This document shows, piece after piece, positions 47,802-58,317 of a stretch of DNA of 62,175 nucleotides. Under the pieces are notes generated by a model. It was not told the origin of the DNA, did no database searches, and saw only the letters and a program-made list of their open reading frames with translations. How positions within the stretch are numbered: position 1 is the stretch's first letter; the number at the start of each line of letters is the position of its first letter. Origin of the DNA: a virus (taxonomy: Duplodnaviria; Caudoviricetes); the IMG/VR virus record IMGVR_UViG_3300043595_000031, positions 1 through 62,175 of that record; one strand, written 5' to 3'. The position numbers were made by a program, and so were the translations under genes.

Positions 47802-50800
47802 ATGGCCAGAATCCAAGGGTACACCGAGGATGACCTGGACGTCTTGATCGCCGACTTTGAAGGCGTCGTCGAGGAGTCACTTCGCAGCGTCGCGCGGGGT
47901 GTGGCGGACAACCTCCGGCCCGCTGTCACCGCCGCATCGTCCGCGGGCCTCGGTCCGGCCGACGTGATGATCGCGCAGCAGCTGTGGCAAGAGGAGGTCG
48001 ACGGCGTCATCACACCGTACGTTGGTGAGGTGTACACGGGCAGCGCGGTGCAAGTCGCCATCGGACTCGGTGACTCGTTCCCAGACGGTGCGCTACCCGG
48101 CATCCCACTGGTCGCCGACGAGTTTGCCGTCACGTACATGAAGACGGTGACGAACCGCCTCAGCGGTGTGGGCAATGAGGTCTGGGAGGACATTCGCAAC
48201 GAGCTCCTCGACGGCATTCACGACGGTCTCTCTGTGGAGCAGATCGCGGACCGCATCGCGAACCTGGCGAACTTCGAGGAGACGCGCGCACACCGGATCG
48301 CACGCACCGAGATTCACGCGGCGAGTGAGTCCGGGTCACTGGCGCAGATGCTCTTCATGGGCTATGATCAGGGCACGGTCACGAAGGAGTGGATCTCCAC
48401 CCGTGACGGCCGGACGCGTGAGACGCACAAGTTTGCGAACGGGCAGCAGGTCGGCCTCGACGAGATGTTCCTCGTTGGGCTGTCGCACCTCCAGTTTCCG
48501 GGTGATCCGTCGGGGGCGCCCGGTGAGACGATCAACTGCCGCTGCACCACGACGTTCGAGGTCGACGAGCCGCCGAAGTTCCGCTGCGGTGACGGCTACG
48601 GAAATCTCGTAGCGGCGACGACCGGCGTCTCATCGCACTGCGTCGTACCCACGCCGCAGGCGAACATCTCACACATCGCCGAGGCACTCCGTGAGGCTCT
48701 GTTCACGGCGTTCATGCTGCACAAGATCTCGCCGGCCTTCGGCGGAGCGAAGATTCACAAGGTGCTCGCGGACGTCCGCGACACAGTGGGCGAGGGGCAG
48801 CTCACCGGGATCGACGACTTTCAGATTCTGCAGGTTGTGGATCACAAGTACACGGGCGCGGCGAAGGGCTCGTACCTCGGTAAGTACACGGAGTGGCTCC
48901 AGACACCCGCTGGGAAGAAGGCGTCCGGCGGCGTGACGGTCCCCAAGCCGGCGACGCACGTCGTCGCTCCGACGAACATCGACGTGAACCTTCCTCCGAC
49001 GACCCAGCCGGGACCGGCGGTCGGGTTCGCGCCACTGCCGCCCGTGCCGTCGCAGCCCGCACTGTCTGACCTTACGTTCACGGGCAAGGTGTTCGCCACG
49101 GCCAGTAAGGCCGAGGTGTGGGTCGACTCGAGTGGACGGAAGTGGCTCTTTAAGCCGATCAAGGGACAGTCGTACTCTTCGAAGTTCCTTGTCGAGATCG
49201 ACATCGCGACGTCACGCCTCGCTTCGAAGGCGCTCATGCAGCGGCCGGGCGTCTATGAGGTCACGCTAGGTGGGAAGCACGGCACACTGCAGTCGATGTT
49301 CGACAGCGTGGATGCGTTCCCGGGTGGGAGCTTTGACCCGCTTAAGTTGAGCGCCGAGGACCTCCTCGTGATGCAGCGTGAGCAGATCTTCGACTGGCTC
49401 ATCTCCAACCACGACACGCACAGTGGGCAGTGGGTGCGCACGAGCACCGGTCAGCTCGTCGGGATCGACAAGGGTCAGTCGTACAAGTTCTTCGGTCACG
49501 ATAAGCTCGACTGGGCGTACACGCCGGTCACACCGCTAGGCGGCGACAAGCTTACGTACTCGTCGATGTGGAAGGCGTTCGTCGCGGGCAAGAACATCGA
49601 CTTGCACGATCCGACCCAAGGCCCGCTGGGTGACTACATGCTTCAGCTTATGTCGATCCCGGACGATGAGTTCAAGGCTCTCTTGCGGCCGTACTTCGAG
49701 TCTCGCGTCGCGCAGGGTATGGGCACCGACGTGGAGAAGTTCCTCGACATGGCGGTGAAGCGTAAGAACAACCTGAAGAAGGACTTCTCGGCGTTCTACG
49801 CGAAGGCAGTGAAGGCGCGGCAGCAGTCCGGTGGTGTACCCTCACCCACACCCGCGGTGAAGGTCGCCGCGAAGAAGGCTGAGCCGTTTCCAATCTCGTA
49901 CATACCCGCGAAGCCCGCGACACCACTGCCAGTGTCGATTCCCACGCCCGCAGTTGTCGGCGTTGACTTGGGTGACATCTCGGGTGTGAGTCTCTCAACG
50001 AAGCAGTTCATCGCACTCAAGTGGGTGGATCTCGGAGGTGGTAAGAAGGTCACGCCGGGGTGGGGCGGTTCAAAGATCTGGAAGCTCCTCACGGAGCTCG
50101 AGGCCGACACGTCCATTCCGGACGTCGCGGGTCTCAATCATCTGCAGCTGCTTCGCATCCTCGATGAGATGGGTGGGTTTAAGGGTAAGCCCAAGACGTA
50201 CGAGTCCGTTCTCATCGAGTGGCTCGAATCGCCCGCCGGAATGAAAGTCGTCAAGCCGGGATCCGTCACCTCACTTAAGAAGACTGTACCCGCTGCGAAG
50301 GCTGCGCCCACACCCACACCGTCGGCGAAGTCCCCGTCGGCGATTCAAGGCAAGTTCGCCGGTGACGAAGTCACACCCGGTGAGCTTTCATACTGGTACA
50401 TGAACGAGACGACACCCAACTCTGTGGGTGCAACGTGGACGTTCAGTGGTGATCAGTACCGCGTCATCCTGAAGATGGACTCAACTGGCTTCACGAAGGC
50501 GTACATTGAGCGGTTTAACGCCGTGACGGGTGAGTGGTTCGACGTTAAGTCGGTCTACAACCTCACAGAACTGTACCAGTATGAGCTCAAGGCCGCCGCG
50601 AAAGATCTCGTCACACCCACGCCTGTGACACCCGTCGTACCCGTGAGTAACGCAGTGAAGACTGTGAATGATCTGCCGTCCGGCTCGGTTATCACGACCG
50701 AAGACATTCACATGAGTTCATTCGGAAGCATCTGGGAAGAGGACGACGTCTTCGCAGTTGGCACGTCGACTGCAGCCGGCGTCGAGTATCGCATCATTGC

Positions 50801-52997
50801 CAAGCCAAGCACGCCGAATAAGTATGTCATCCAGTACAAGACGGCTATGACCCACTGGAATAACACCGCGTCGGCACTCGACGATGCGTGGGTGAAGGCC
50901 GCGACGTGGAAGGTTCCGGGAACTTCCGGCATCTCACCACCCGCCGCTAAGATGATGCCGACGAAGGTGTACGGAAAGGGACCCGACGACTCGGTAACAC
51001 CCGCCGAGCTTGGACTTAATGCGCATCTCTTCGAAGACGGCGACATCATGGCGACCGCCGTGGATCCGTTCACGAAGGCCCAGTGGCGAGTGCTCTACGA
51101 CGGAAAGGGCGGTGGTGGGTATAAGTTTGAGATCAAGACGACGGGCGGCGACTGGACACCGACCACCGCGATGACCGCACCCGTTGAGCACTACGACTGG
51201 AAGCTCACGGGTGACGTCCTCATCAATAAGACGAAGTCGAAGTTGCCCGGTAAGAACGTGGGTGACAAGCTTACGGGCAAAGATGTCTGGGATCTCGCAT
51301 GGGGAAACGTAAGTCAGGGCGACGTCATCGCCTACGCGTGGGATGACACGACGGGTACGATGTACCGGCTTCTGCTCGATTTTGACGGTGACATGAAGAT
51401 GGGCACACTCGCGCCGTCCGGTAAGTGGAATCCCGCGTCCATCGTGTACGCCGAAGATGACATCGCAAACATGGACTGGTACGTAGCGCACCCGACGAAG
51501 CTTGAGATTCCCGATCCGCTCAAGGTGTATGCGCAGACGCCGGTGACCGCACCGCCATTCACACCGAAGTCTCCACTCGCTTCACCTAAGAAGGCGAAGG
51601 CCGCAGCGAAGAAGGCCGCGGCCACGCAGGCTGCGCTTAAGCCACCGCTGTCCGGCACGGCGACGCACATTCCCGGTAAGAGCGTCGGAGATCCGCTGGC
51701 TAAAGACGAGATCATGAAGCACGCGTCGAAGTACGCGGACGGTGAGGTCGTCGCGCAGTACACGACGAAGGGTTGGAATAAGGAGTCGTTCCGACTCGTC
51801 TGGACGGACGACGGACTCGTCAAGCAGAAGCAGCTCTCCAGCGGTGCGTGGAAGTCCGAGGACGTCATCGGACAGGGTGAGGACTGGAAGCTTTACGGCC
51901 AGTGGGAGGCGGCAAACGGTCTCGCGACGAAGCCGCAGATCACAGCGATGAAGAAGTTCATTACGAAGAAGACGGGTGGGTACGTGCCGCCCGCGAAGAA
52001 GGCAGCGTACACACCACACGTTGCTCCCACTCCGTCCGCGACGTATCCGACGCTCACACAGGGTCAGCTCGCGCACGTCGATCTCACGCTATGGGACGGA
52101 ACTGAGCAGGCGGAGATCGTCGACTACCTGGCGGGTCTCAACCCATCATCGACACCGGAGATCGTGTGGGGGAAGCTTCAGCAGGCCAAGTCACACTTCG
52201 CTGCGAAGTACAAGGGTAAGTATCTCGGACTGAATGAACTCGAGATCTTGCGCATGCTCGATGCGGCGAACGCGCTCAAGGGCGGGAAGACCGATCTTCA
52301 CATTCTTGAGGCGAAGATCGTTAACTGGCTGCAGACAGCGAACGGAAAGTTCTTTACGAGTCGTCGCATCGACGCACCCATTATGTCGCCGGACGTTCCC
52401 GTGCCCGTGTCGGCGTACGCCGACTACGGTCCACCCGACTCGCAGCAGTATGACGTCATCTCGACGTCGCAGGCGCTCGCGTACCGCGCGGAGTCACACG
52501 CGAAGTACGGTGACTGGAAGCCAGGCGAGAAGGAAGCGACGAAGGTCTACACGGGTGGCTCGTACACCGCGTGGAACGACGCCATTCGCAAGGGTGATCT
52601 CAAGTCGTACAAGTCGAAGATCTACGCGACACAGCGAGGTATGCGCCCGTCGACGCGCCCCATCCTGCTTCACCGTGGCACGAGTTTTCTCGAGTTCAAT
52701 GATCCCAGCATTACGAGCTACGAGTCGCTGCTTCCGTACGTTGGCCGCACGTACGTTAACCGTGGCTTCAACTCCACATCAGTCGGCGGCAACCCGGCCT
52801 TCGGTGGACAGCTCCTCATTGAGTACGAGGCACCCGCCGGGACGCCTATGTCGTACGTGGATGACTTCTCACATCACAAGGGAGAGCGTGAGATGTTGCT
52901 TCCCACACACATGACATACGAGATCATTAGTGTCACTAAGAAGAGTAGCACGACAACCGTCATGCGAGTACGAGTGCTAGGACCGGCGACACCATGA
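47802..52997 (+). CDS. MuF minor head protein fused to a kinase-like domain, internal repeats and an ADP-ribosyltransferase
   Basis: MuF: RIARTE, KEW..DGRTRETH, INCRC; kinase: WLFKP, NHDTH, GIDKG; ART: LHRG, FNSTS, ERE. Confidence 0.88.
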   Translation: MARIQGYTEDDLDVLIADFEGVVEESLRSVARGVADNLRPAVTAASSAGLGPADVMIAQQLWQEEVDGVITPYVGEVYTGSAVQVAIGLGDSFPDGALPGIPLVADEFAVTYMKTVTNRLSGVGNEVWEDIRNELLDGIHDGLSVEQIADRIANLANFEETRAHRIARTEIHAASESGSLAQMLFMGYDQGTVTKEWISTRDGRTRETHKFANGQQVGLDEMFLVGLSHLQFPGDPSGAPGETINCRCTTTFEVDEPPKFRCGDGYGNLVAATTGVSSHCVVPTPQANISHIAEALREALFTAFMLHKISPAFGGAKIHKVLADVRDTVGEGQLTGIDDFQILQVVDHKYTGAAKGSYLGKYTEWLQTPAGKKASGGVTVPKPATHVVAPTNIDVNLPPTTQPGPAVGFAPLPPVPSQPALSDLTFTGKVFATASKAEVWVDSSGRKWLFKPIKGQSYSSKFLVEIDIATSRLASKALMQRPGVYEVTLGGKHGTLQSMFDSVDAFPGGSFDPLKLSAEDLLVMQREQIFDWLISNHDTHSGQWVRTSTGQLVGIDKGQSYKFFGHDKLDWAYTPVTPLGGDKLTYSSMWKAFVAGKNIDLHDPTQGPLGDYMLQLMSIPDDEFKALLRPYFESRVAQGMGTDVEKFLDMAVKRKNNLKKDFSAFYAKAVKARQQSGGVPSPTPAVKVAAKKAEPFPISYIPAKPATPLPVSIPTPAVVGVDLGDISGVSLSTKQFIALKWVDLGGGKKVTPGWGGSKIWKLLTELEADTSIPDVAGLNHLQLLRILDEMGGFKGKPKTYESVLIEWLESPAGMKVVKPGSVTSLKKTVPAAKAAPTPTPSAKSPSAIQGKFAGDEVTPGELSYWYMNETTPNSVGATWTFSGDQYRVILKMDSTGFTKAYIERFNAVTGEWFDVKSVYNLTELYQYELKAAAKDLVTPTPVTPVVPVSNAVKTVNDLPSGSVITTEDIHMSSFGSIWEEDDVFAVGTSTAAGVEYRIIAKPSTPNKYVIQYKTAMTHWNNTASALDDAWVKAATWKVPGTSGISPPAAKMMPTKVYGKGPDDSVTPAELGLNAHLFEDGDIMATAVDPFTKAQWRVLYDGKGGGGYKFEIKTTGGDWTPTTAMTAPVEHYDWKLTGDVLINKTKSKLPGKNVGDKLTGKDVWDLAWGNVSQGDVIAYAWDDTTGTMYRLLLDFDGDMKMGTLAPSGKWNPASIVYAEDDIANMDWYVAHPTKLEIPDPLKVYAQTPVTAPPFTPKSPLASPKKAKAAAKKAAATQAALKPPLSGTATHIPGKSVGDPLAKDEIMKHASKYADGEVVAQYTTKGWNKESFRLVWTDDGLVKQKQLSSGAWKSEDVIGQGEDWKLYGQWEAANGLATKPQITAMKKFITKKTGGYVPPAKKAAYTPHVAPTPSATYPTLTQGQLAHVDLTLWDGTEQAEIVDYLAGLNPSSTPEIVWGKLQQAKSHFAAKYKGKYLGLNELEILRMLDAANALKGGKTDLHILEAKIVNWLQTANGKFFTSRRIDAPIMSPDVPVPVSAYADYGPPDSQQYDVISTSQALAYRAESHAKYGDWKPGEKEATKVYTGGSYTAWNDAIRKGDLKSYKSKIYATQRGMRPSTRPILLHRGTSFLEFNDPSITSYESLLPYVGRTYVNRGFNSTSVGGNPAFGGQLLIEYEAPAGTPMSYVDDFSHHKGEREMLLPTHMTYEIISVTKKSSTTTVMRVRVLGPATP

Positions 52998-53656
52998 CAC
53001 AGAGTTTCTTTCCGACGATGCCCGAGCTGGGTGCGATGGAGTTCCTACCACCAGTCACGGTGGGTTGGACGTATGATGAGGCATATGCACTCCTCACGGG
53101 TAAGATGCCGTACATCGACGTGATCATCGCTGCGGCCGACGTGCAGACGGGTGCGATGATCGCGTTCATTCCAGCGTCGGACGACCTCGCGGAGCTCGTC
53201 CTCGACGGTGAGGACACAGAGCCGCTCGAGGAACTTCACTGCACGGCGATCTACCTCGGTGACGCCGACGAGTACGACGATGAGATGCGGCAGATGATTT
53301 ACACGGCCGTCGCGGCGTACGCCGCGAGCCAGCCGAGCATCCGCGGAGACCTCTTCGCATACTCTGTGTTCAACCCCGAGACGGAGGACTCGTGTCTCGT
53401 GGCGGACGTGGGTGGTGTCGACCTCGAGGATGCGCAGGCGGCGATGCTCGAGCTGTGTGATGATCTCGAGCTGGGCATCCCGAATCAGCACGTTCCGTGG
53501 CGACCACACATCACACTCGCATACACCGAGGATCCACGCACTCTCATGACCGACGAGCTTATGACGAAGACGGGTCCCATGATCTTCGATCGCGTGCGAG
53601 TCGCATTCGCGAGTGTCGTCACGGACTACCCGCTGGGTGAGCCACTCCCGGCGTAG
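52994..53656 (+). CDS. 2H phosphoesterase (LigT/Acb1-like)
   Basis: Two HxT motifs: LHCTAIYLG and PHITLAY. Confidence 0.85.
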   Translation: MTQSFFPTMPELGAMEFLPPVTVGWTYDEAYALLTGKMPYIDVIIAAADVQTGAMIAFIPASDDLAELVLDGEDTEPLEELHCTAIYLGDADEYDDEMRQMIYTAVAAYAASQPSIRGDLFAYSVFNPETEDSCLVADVGGVDLEDAQAAMLELCDDLELGIPNQHVPWRPHITLAYTEDPRTLMTDELMTKTGPMIFDRVRVAFASVVTDYPLGEPLPA

Positions 53657-53713
53657 AGATCTTGAGATGGACGGACAGGCTACAATGACATTGGGTCGGA
53701 CAATGGAGGAACG

Positions 53714-55393
53714 GTGACGCAGGTAGCTATCGCCGCCGCTGGGCCAGCGGTAACCGGCGGCGACGTTTACGCCGAGGTGCCAATGACGGGTACGCCGTGG
53801 TCGGGTGCGTTGGCGATGGAGGGCACCGAGACCGGTGACGGTCGGATGTTCTCGTTCAATTCACTGACGTGGCCGGACCCAGTGGAGACGGTGATCCCGC
53901 TTCGGCGCAACATCGAGGACTCACACGGTGGGCAGCCGTCAACGACGACCGTTCTCGTAGGACGCATCACGAAGATCTGGCGCGACCTCGCGGATCCAAT
54001 GAAGATCATGGGCTCCGGCGTGTTCGACGACAACGGTGTGGAGGGTGCGGAGGCGCTTCGCCTCGTCCGCGATAAGTTCCTCGCGGGCATCTCCATCGAC
54101 CCGGACTCCATCAAGGACGCCGACGTTGAACTCGTCTTCCCAGAGGGGGACGGTGAGCCATCCGATGAAGACGAGATGCTCATGGAGATGTTCGCCGCTC
54201 CCGAGCTGACGATCTTTCACGCCGGTCGGATTCGCGCCGCGACGCTCGTCGACATTCCCGCATTCGTTGAGGGCGCGATCAAGCTCGGTGAGGCCGCGGA
54301 GCCGGCACTCATCGCGGACGCGGCGCACTACGAGCACCTCAGCGACAAGGCGTGGAACGGCGCGGCGCACGAGGCACGCCTGCAGTCGGTGGGTATGAAC
54401 ATCCGCGCGGCACGCACGGCGTTCGCACACGTGCAGTCGGGTAAGGGTTCCGACGTGAGCCGAATCTCAACGCGCTTCCTTCACCACGAGGTGTCGCCGG
54501 AGGGTCACATCAGTCACGCGAACCTCGCGGCCTGCACGGCCGGCATCGCGGCGCTGAACAACGGACGGGCGACGACGCTCTCCGCCGCCGACCAGCACGC
54601 GGCGTACGAGCACATGTCCCAGCACCTCCGCGCCGCCGGTCTCGTACCTCCGCCGTACTCCGGCGGTGAGGTGATCCTCGCGTCGTCGTATGATCATCTC
54701 GTCAGGCCGTCGACCGAGTGGTTCAGGGACCCGGGGTTCAGCGAGCTCACACCGTGGACCGTCACGGATGAGGGTCGCGTCTTCGGTCACGGTGCCGGCT
54801 GGGGAACGTGTCACACGGCGTTCGGCGATGCGTGTGTCACCGCACCGCATGAGGGCGAGCACGTCTACTACCGCCTCGGCGAGGTCGTCACGGCCGATGG
54901 AAGTCGCATCGCCGTTGGTCACATCACGCTGGGTACGGGTCACGCTCCCGTTCACGGAATGTCCGCCAGTCGCGCCGCCGAGCACTACGACAACACGGGC
55001 ACCGTGGTGGCGGTCGTTGCGAGTGGTGAGGACGCGCACGGCATCTGGGTCGCGGGTGCGATCCGACCGGGCACCTCCGAAGCGCGAGTCGCGGAGCTTC
55101 GCGCGGCCGCACTGTCGGGTGACTGGCGACGCATTGGCGGCCAGCTTCGACTCGTCGCGTTCCTGGCCGTAAACCGACCGGGCTTCCCCGTGCCGCGCAC
55201 GCAGACGTTCGTGTCGAAGAAGAACCAGCTGAGTCTCGTCGCCGCCGGCATCGTTACGCAAGAGCAGCGACGACTCACTCGCACGGACGCGGGCGTGGAC
55301 GCAGCGCTCGCCCGCATCGCTAAGGGCATCGGTCGCGACCCAGTGTCGCGGCTCGCTGAATTGAGAGATCGAGTGAAGGGACAGTCATCGTGA
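53714..55393 (+). CDS. Capsid maturation protease-like head assembly protein
   Basis: TGDGR, ATLVDIPAF, GRVFGH, SGDWR, AVNRPGF; directly before the capsid genes. Confidence 0.7.
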   Translation: MTQVAIAAAGPAVTGGDVYAEVPMTGTPWSGALAMEGTETGDGRMFSFNSLTWPDPVETVIPLRRNIEDSHGGQPSTTTVLVGRITKIWRDLADPMKIMGSGVFDDNGVEGAEALRLVRDKFLAGISIDPDSIKDADVELVFPEGDGEPSDEDEMLMEMFAAPELTIFHAGRIRAATLVDIPAFVEGAIKLGEAAEPALIADAAHYEHLSDKAWNGAAHEARLQSVGMNIRAARTAFAHVQSGKGSDVSRISTRFLHHEVSPEGHISHANLAACTAGIAALNNGRATTLSAADQHAAYEHMSQHLRAAGLVPPPYSGGEVILASSYDHLVRPSTEWFRDPGFSELTPWTVTDEGRVFGHGAGWGTCHTAFGDACVTAPHEGEHVYYRLGEVVTADGSRIAVGHITLGTGHAPVHGMSASRAAEHYDNTGTVVAVVASGEDAHGIWVAGAIRPGTSEARVAELRAAALSGDWRRIGGQLRLVAFLAVNRPGFPVPRTQTFVSKKNQLSLVAAGIVTQEQRRLTRTDAGVDAALARIAKGIGRDPVSRLAELRDRVKGQSS

Positions 55394-55530
55394 GCTGTGG
55401 ATGTGGTAAGCGAAACACTCCCACCGTCGAGACGGTCGAGACGGCCCAGCAGGCCGCCGATCGTCGTCGAGCCACCCAGGAGGCGCAGCGTAGTTCTGCT
55501 GAGAACGCGCAGGCCAACGCGGGGGCGTGA
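55390..55530 (+). CDS. Small CGCG-start protein (46 aa)
   Basis: VSCGCGKR...; GTGA-coupled. Confidence 0.55.
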   Translation: MSCGCGKRNTPTVETVETAQQAADRRRATQEAQRSSAENAQANAGA

Positions 55531-55599
55531 AGCACTCTCTCGTCATTGTGGAGTGTTGTACTATCTACTCGGGCCGGCTGATCGACATCGAGGTTATAA

Positions 55600-57336
55600 G
55601 TGGACAAGAAGAAGGATGAGGGCGTTGTGGAGATGCCCGCTGACCTCACCTCGCTGAGCGATGCGGACCTCGACAAGCTCGAGGAGAAGGCGACGAAGGA
55701 ATTCGACGCCCACCTCGACTCGGGTGAAGGCGATCCCGACGCGCGCCTCACGCGAGCAAGTGAGCTCGCTGACATCATCGATGCTGCTCGCGGCGAAAAG
55801 GGCGTTCGCGCCGAAGCCGCCACCCAGCGCGATGCCGACGCACAGGCCCTCCGCGATCGCGTCCGTCCGCCGGCCGCCGAGCCTGAGCCTACGCCCGAGC
55901 CCGAGCTGGTACCCGCCGCGGAACCCGCTCCCGTACCCGTTCCCGTCGCGGCGACGACGCAGCAAACGCAGCAGCCAGTTGCGAACGGAGTCACCGACAC
56001 TCTCCTCGCCGGTGGCCCGATTCGCGAGGCGCCGCGCAAGCTGAACCCGACGCTGTCCGACATTCAGCGCCAGAACGCATCGCTGAAGGGTGCCTCACGG
56101 CGCAACCCGTCGGTGCTCGTCGCGTCCGCCGAGATCCCGAACGTCCAGCAGGGTTCGCAGCTGAAGGACATGGACGCGCTCGTCGCCGCCATGCACCTTC
56201 GCGCACGCTCACTGCCGGTCGGCAAGGCGGGTATCGACGCCACGATGTACCCGGTCGCGTCGATGCAGCTGGACCACCGGTTCACGCTGGATCTGCTCGC
56301 CGATCCCGCGGAGGTCAACGAGGTTCTTCAGGCCTCCGCCGACGTCGACGCACTCGTTGCGGCCGGCGGCTGGTGCTCGCCGTCCGAGATCTCGTACGAC
56401 TTCTACAACATCGTCTGCGAGGACGGCATGCTCGACCTGCCGACCGTGGGCATCAACCGCGGCGGTATGCGCTGGCCCACGTCGGCGTCGTACGGCGACA
56501 TCGTCAGCAACTACTGGTCGTGGAACGAGACACAGGACATTGCCGCTCTGACGGGCACCGCCCAGTCGGGTACGAAGGTCTGCTACCGCGTTCCGTGCCC
56601 GGCCTTCAACGAGGAGCGACTGCACTGCGACGGCTTCTGCCTCACGGTCGGTAACCTCATGGAGGACTCGTTCCCGGAGCTGATCGCGAACCACACGCGA
56701 CTGCTCTTCGCGGGTCACGCGCACCGCATGAACACGCTGCGCATCAACACGCTGATCAGCGCCGCGATGTCGACGGGTGTCACGGGTAACGTGGCCGGCG
56801 GCAACGGCGTGGTCGCGCCGGTTCTCGGATTCCTCGAGCTGCAGGCGATCGACTACCGCGAGAAGTACCGCATGTGCGAGGACGCCGTCCTCGAGGTGGT
56901 GCTCCCACGGTGGCTGCGCGGGGCAATGCGGTCCGATCTTCGCAAGCGGACGGGCATGGGTCTCGAGGCGCTCGCCGTCACCGACGCGATGCTGATGAAC
57001 ATGTTCGACCTGCTCAACATCCGCATCCAGTGGGTGACGGACTGGCAGGTCGGAACGACTGGGTTCCCGGGCGGCACCGCCGCGCTGACGCTGTGGCCGA
57101 CGACGGTGCAGTTCCTCATGTACGCTGCGGGCACGTTCGTCCTCGGTCGCGGACTCCAGCTCAACCTGGGCGTTATCCGCGACTCGGTGATGAACCTCAC
57201 AAACGACCACACCGCGGAGTGGATGGAGGAGTGCTGGCTGATCGCTAAGATCGGTCATGAGTCCCGACTCGGCACCATCTCGATCTGCCCCGACGGCACC
57301 ACTGGTGCGGCCGACCTGACCGCCTGCGCGGTCTAA
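55600..57336 (+). CDS. Major capsid protein with N-terminal scaffold-like region
   Basis: Acidic helical N-terminus, Pro linker, AGGWCSPSE..YD motif; position. Confidence 0.85.
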   Translation: MDKKKDEGVVEMPADLTSLSDADLDKLEEKATKEFDAHLDSGEGDPDARLTRASELADIIDAARGEKGVRAEAATQRDADAQALRDRVRPPAAEPEPTPEPELVPAAEPAPVPVPVAATTQQTQQPVANGVTDTLLAGGPIREAPRKLNPTLSDIQRQNASLKGASRRNPSVLVASAEIPNVQQGSQLKDMDALVAAMHLRARSLPVGKAGIDATMYPVASMQLDHRFTLDLLADPAEVNEVLQASADVDALVAAGGWCSPSEISYDFYNIVCEDGMLDLPTVGINRGGMRWPTSASYGDIVSNYWSWNETQDIAALTGTAQSGTKVCYRVPCPAFNEERLHCDGFCLTVGNLMEDSFPELIANHTRLLFAGHAHRMNTLRINTLISAAMSTGVTGNVAGGNGVVAPVLGFLELQAIDYREKYRMCEDAVLEVVLPRWLRGAMRSDLRKRTGMGLEALAVTDAMLMNMFDLLNIRIQWVTDWQVGTTGFPGGTAALTLWPTTVQFLMYAAGTFVLGRGLQLNLGVIRDSVMNLTNDHTAEWMEECWLIAKIGHESRLGTISICPDGTTGAADLTACAV

Positions 57337-57388
57337 GCCACGGTGAACAGATCGCTAGTTCATCTGACGACGGAAGTGAGGTCGGATC

Positions 57389-58309
57389 ATGGAAGTGTAC
57401 GAACCGATCTCTCTTCCTGACCTCTGGGTTCCCGGTGAGTACGGTCTCGCGTCCGTCGTCAACTGGGTGACGGGACCGGCTCACTGGGGCGGCGGAGTTC
57501 AGTACGACGAGGACTGCGCCGAGGTCAACGTCACCGTCTCGCCGTGCATCTCCGGTGCGCCGGAGATCGCGGCGAAGGACATCACGTGGTCACATCGTAC
57601 TCGCGGTGCGCGACCCTTCGACGTCTTCGCCCGAGCGGACTGCTCACCCGGCGGATCGACGTGGTGGGACGACGCACAGACGAAGGTGCTCAAGTCGCTG
57701 GCCCAGGAGGGTCCGACCCAGATGGAGGCGACGTTCTGGACGGGTGCGGTCGACAACCCACCACTCCTGAACTACCCCAACCTGGCGAGCACCGGGCCGG
57801 TGTTCGACTCGACCGGTCGCATCTTGCTGCAGCCGGCGAATCAGGCGATCATCAGTGGCACCACGCCACTGGACATCGTCGAGGGCCTCGGACGACTCGA
57901 GGCTGCGCTGGGTACGCAGTACAGCGGACAGGGAGTCATTCACGCGCCGAAGATCCTTGGGCCGGCGCTCTCCGCGCAGAAGCTCATCTACGAGAAGAAC
58001 GGGAAGCTCTACACGTACTGCGGAAACCTCGTCGCCGTCGGCAACGGGTACCCGTCGAACGTGGGTCCGGGCTTTACCACTCCTCCCGCTGGGTCGACGT
58101 GGATGTTCGCGACGGGTCCCATCTTCGGACTTCGCGGACAACCTAAGACGTTCACCCGCGACGAGTCGTTCAACCGTCCCGTGAACACGCTCCAGATGAT
58201 CGCGGAGCAGAAGATCCTCTTGGGCTACTTGTGCGGCCTCGCCGCCGTCCTCGTCACCTCCGGTGGCGAACCGGCCGGGCAACCGAACACACCACTGATC
58301 GCAACGTAG
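57389..58309 (+). CDS. Second capsid protein (pentamer-type candidate)
   Basis: GLGRLE..GVIH..GNLVAVGNGY..N..IAE; follows the major capsid gene. Confidence 0.55.
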   Translation: MEVYEPISLPDLWVPGEYGLASVVNWVTGPAHWGGGVQYDEDCAEVNVTVSPCISGAPEIAAKDITWSHRTRGARPFDVFARADCSPGGSTWWDDAQTKVLKSLAQEGPTQMEATFWTGAVDNPPLLNYPNLASTGPVFDSTGRILLQPANQAIISGTTPLDIVEGLGRLEAALGTQYSGQGVIHAPKILGPALSAQKLIYEKNGKLYTYCGNLVAVGNGYPSNVGPGFTTPPAGSTWMFATGPIFGLRGQPKTFTRDESFNRPVNTLQMIAEQKILLGYLCGLAAVLVTSGGEPAGQPNTPLIAT

Positions 58310-58317
58310 GAGATCAC

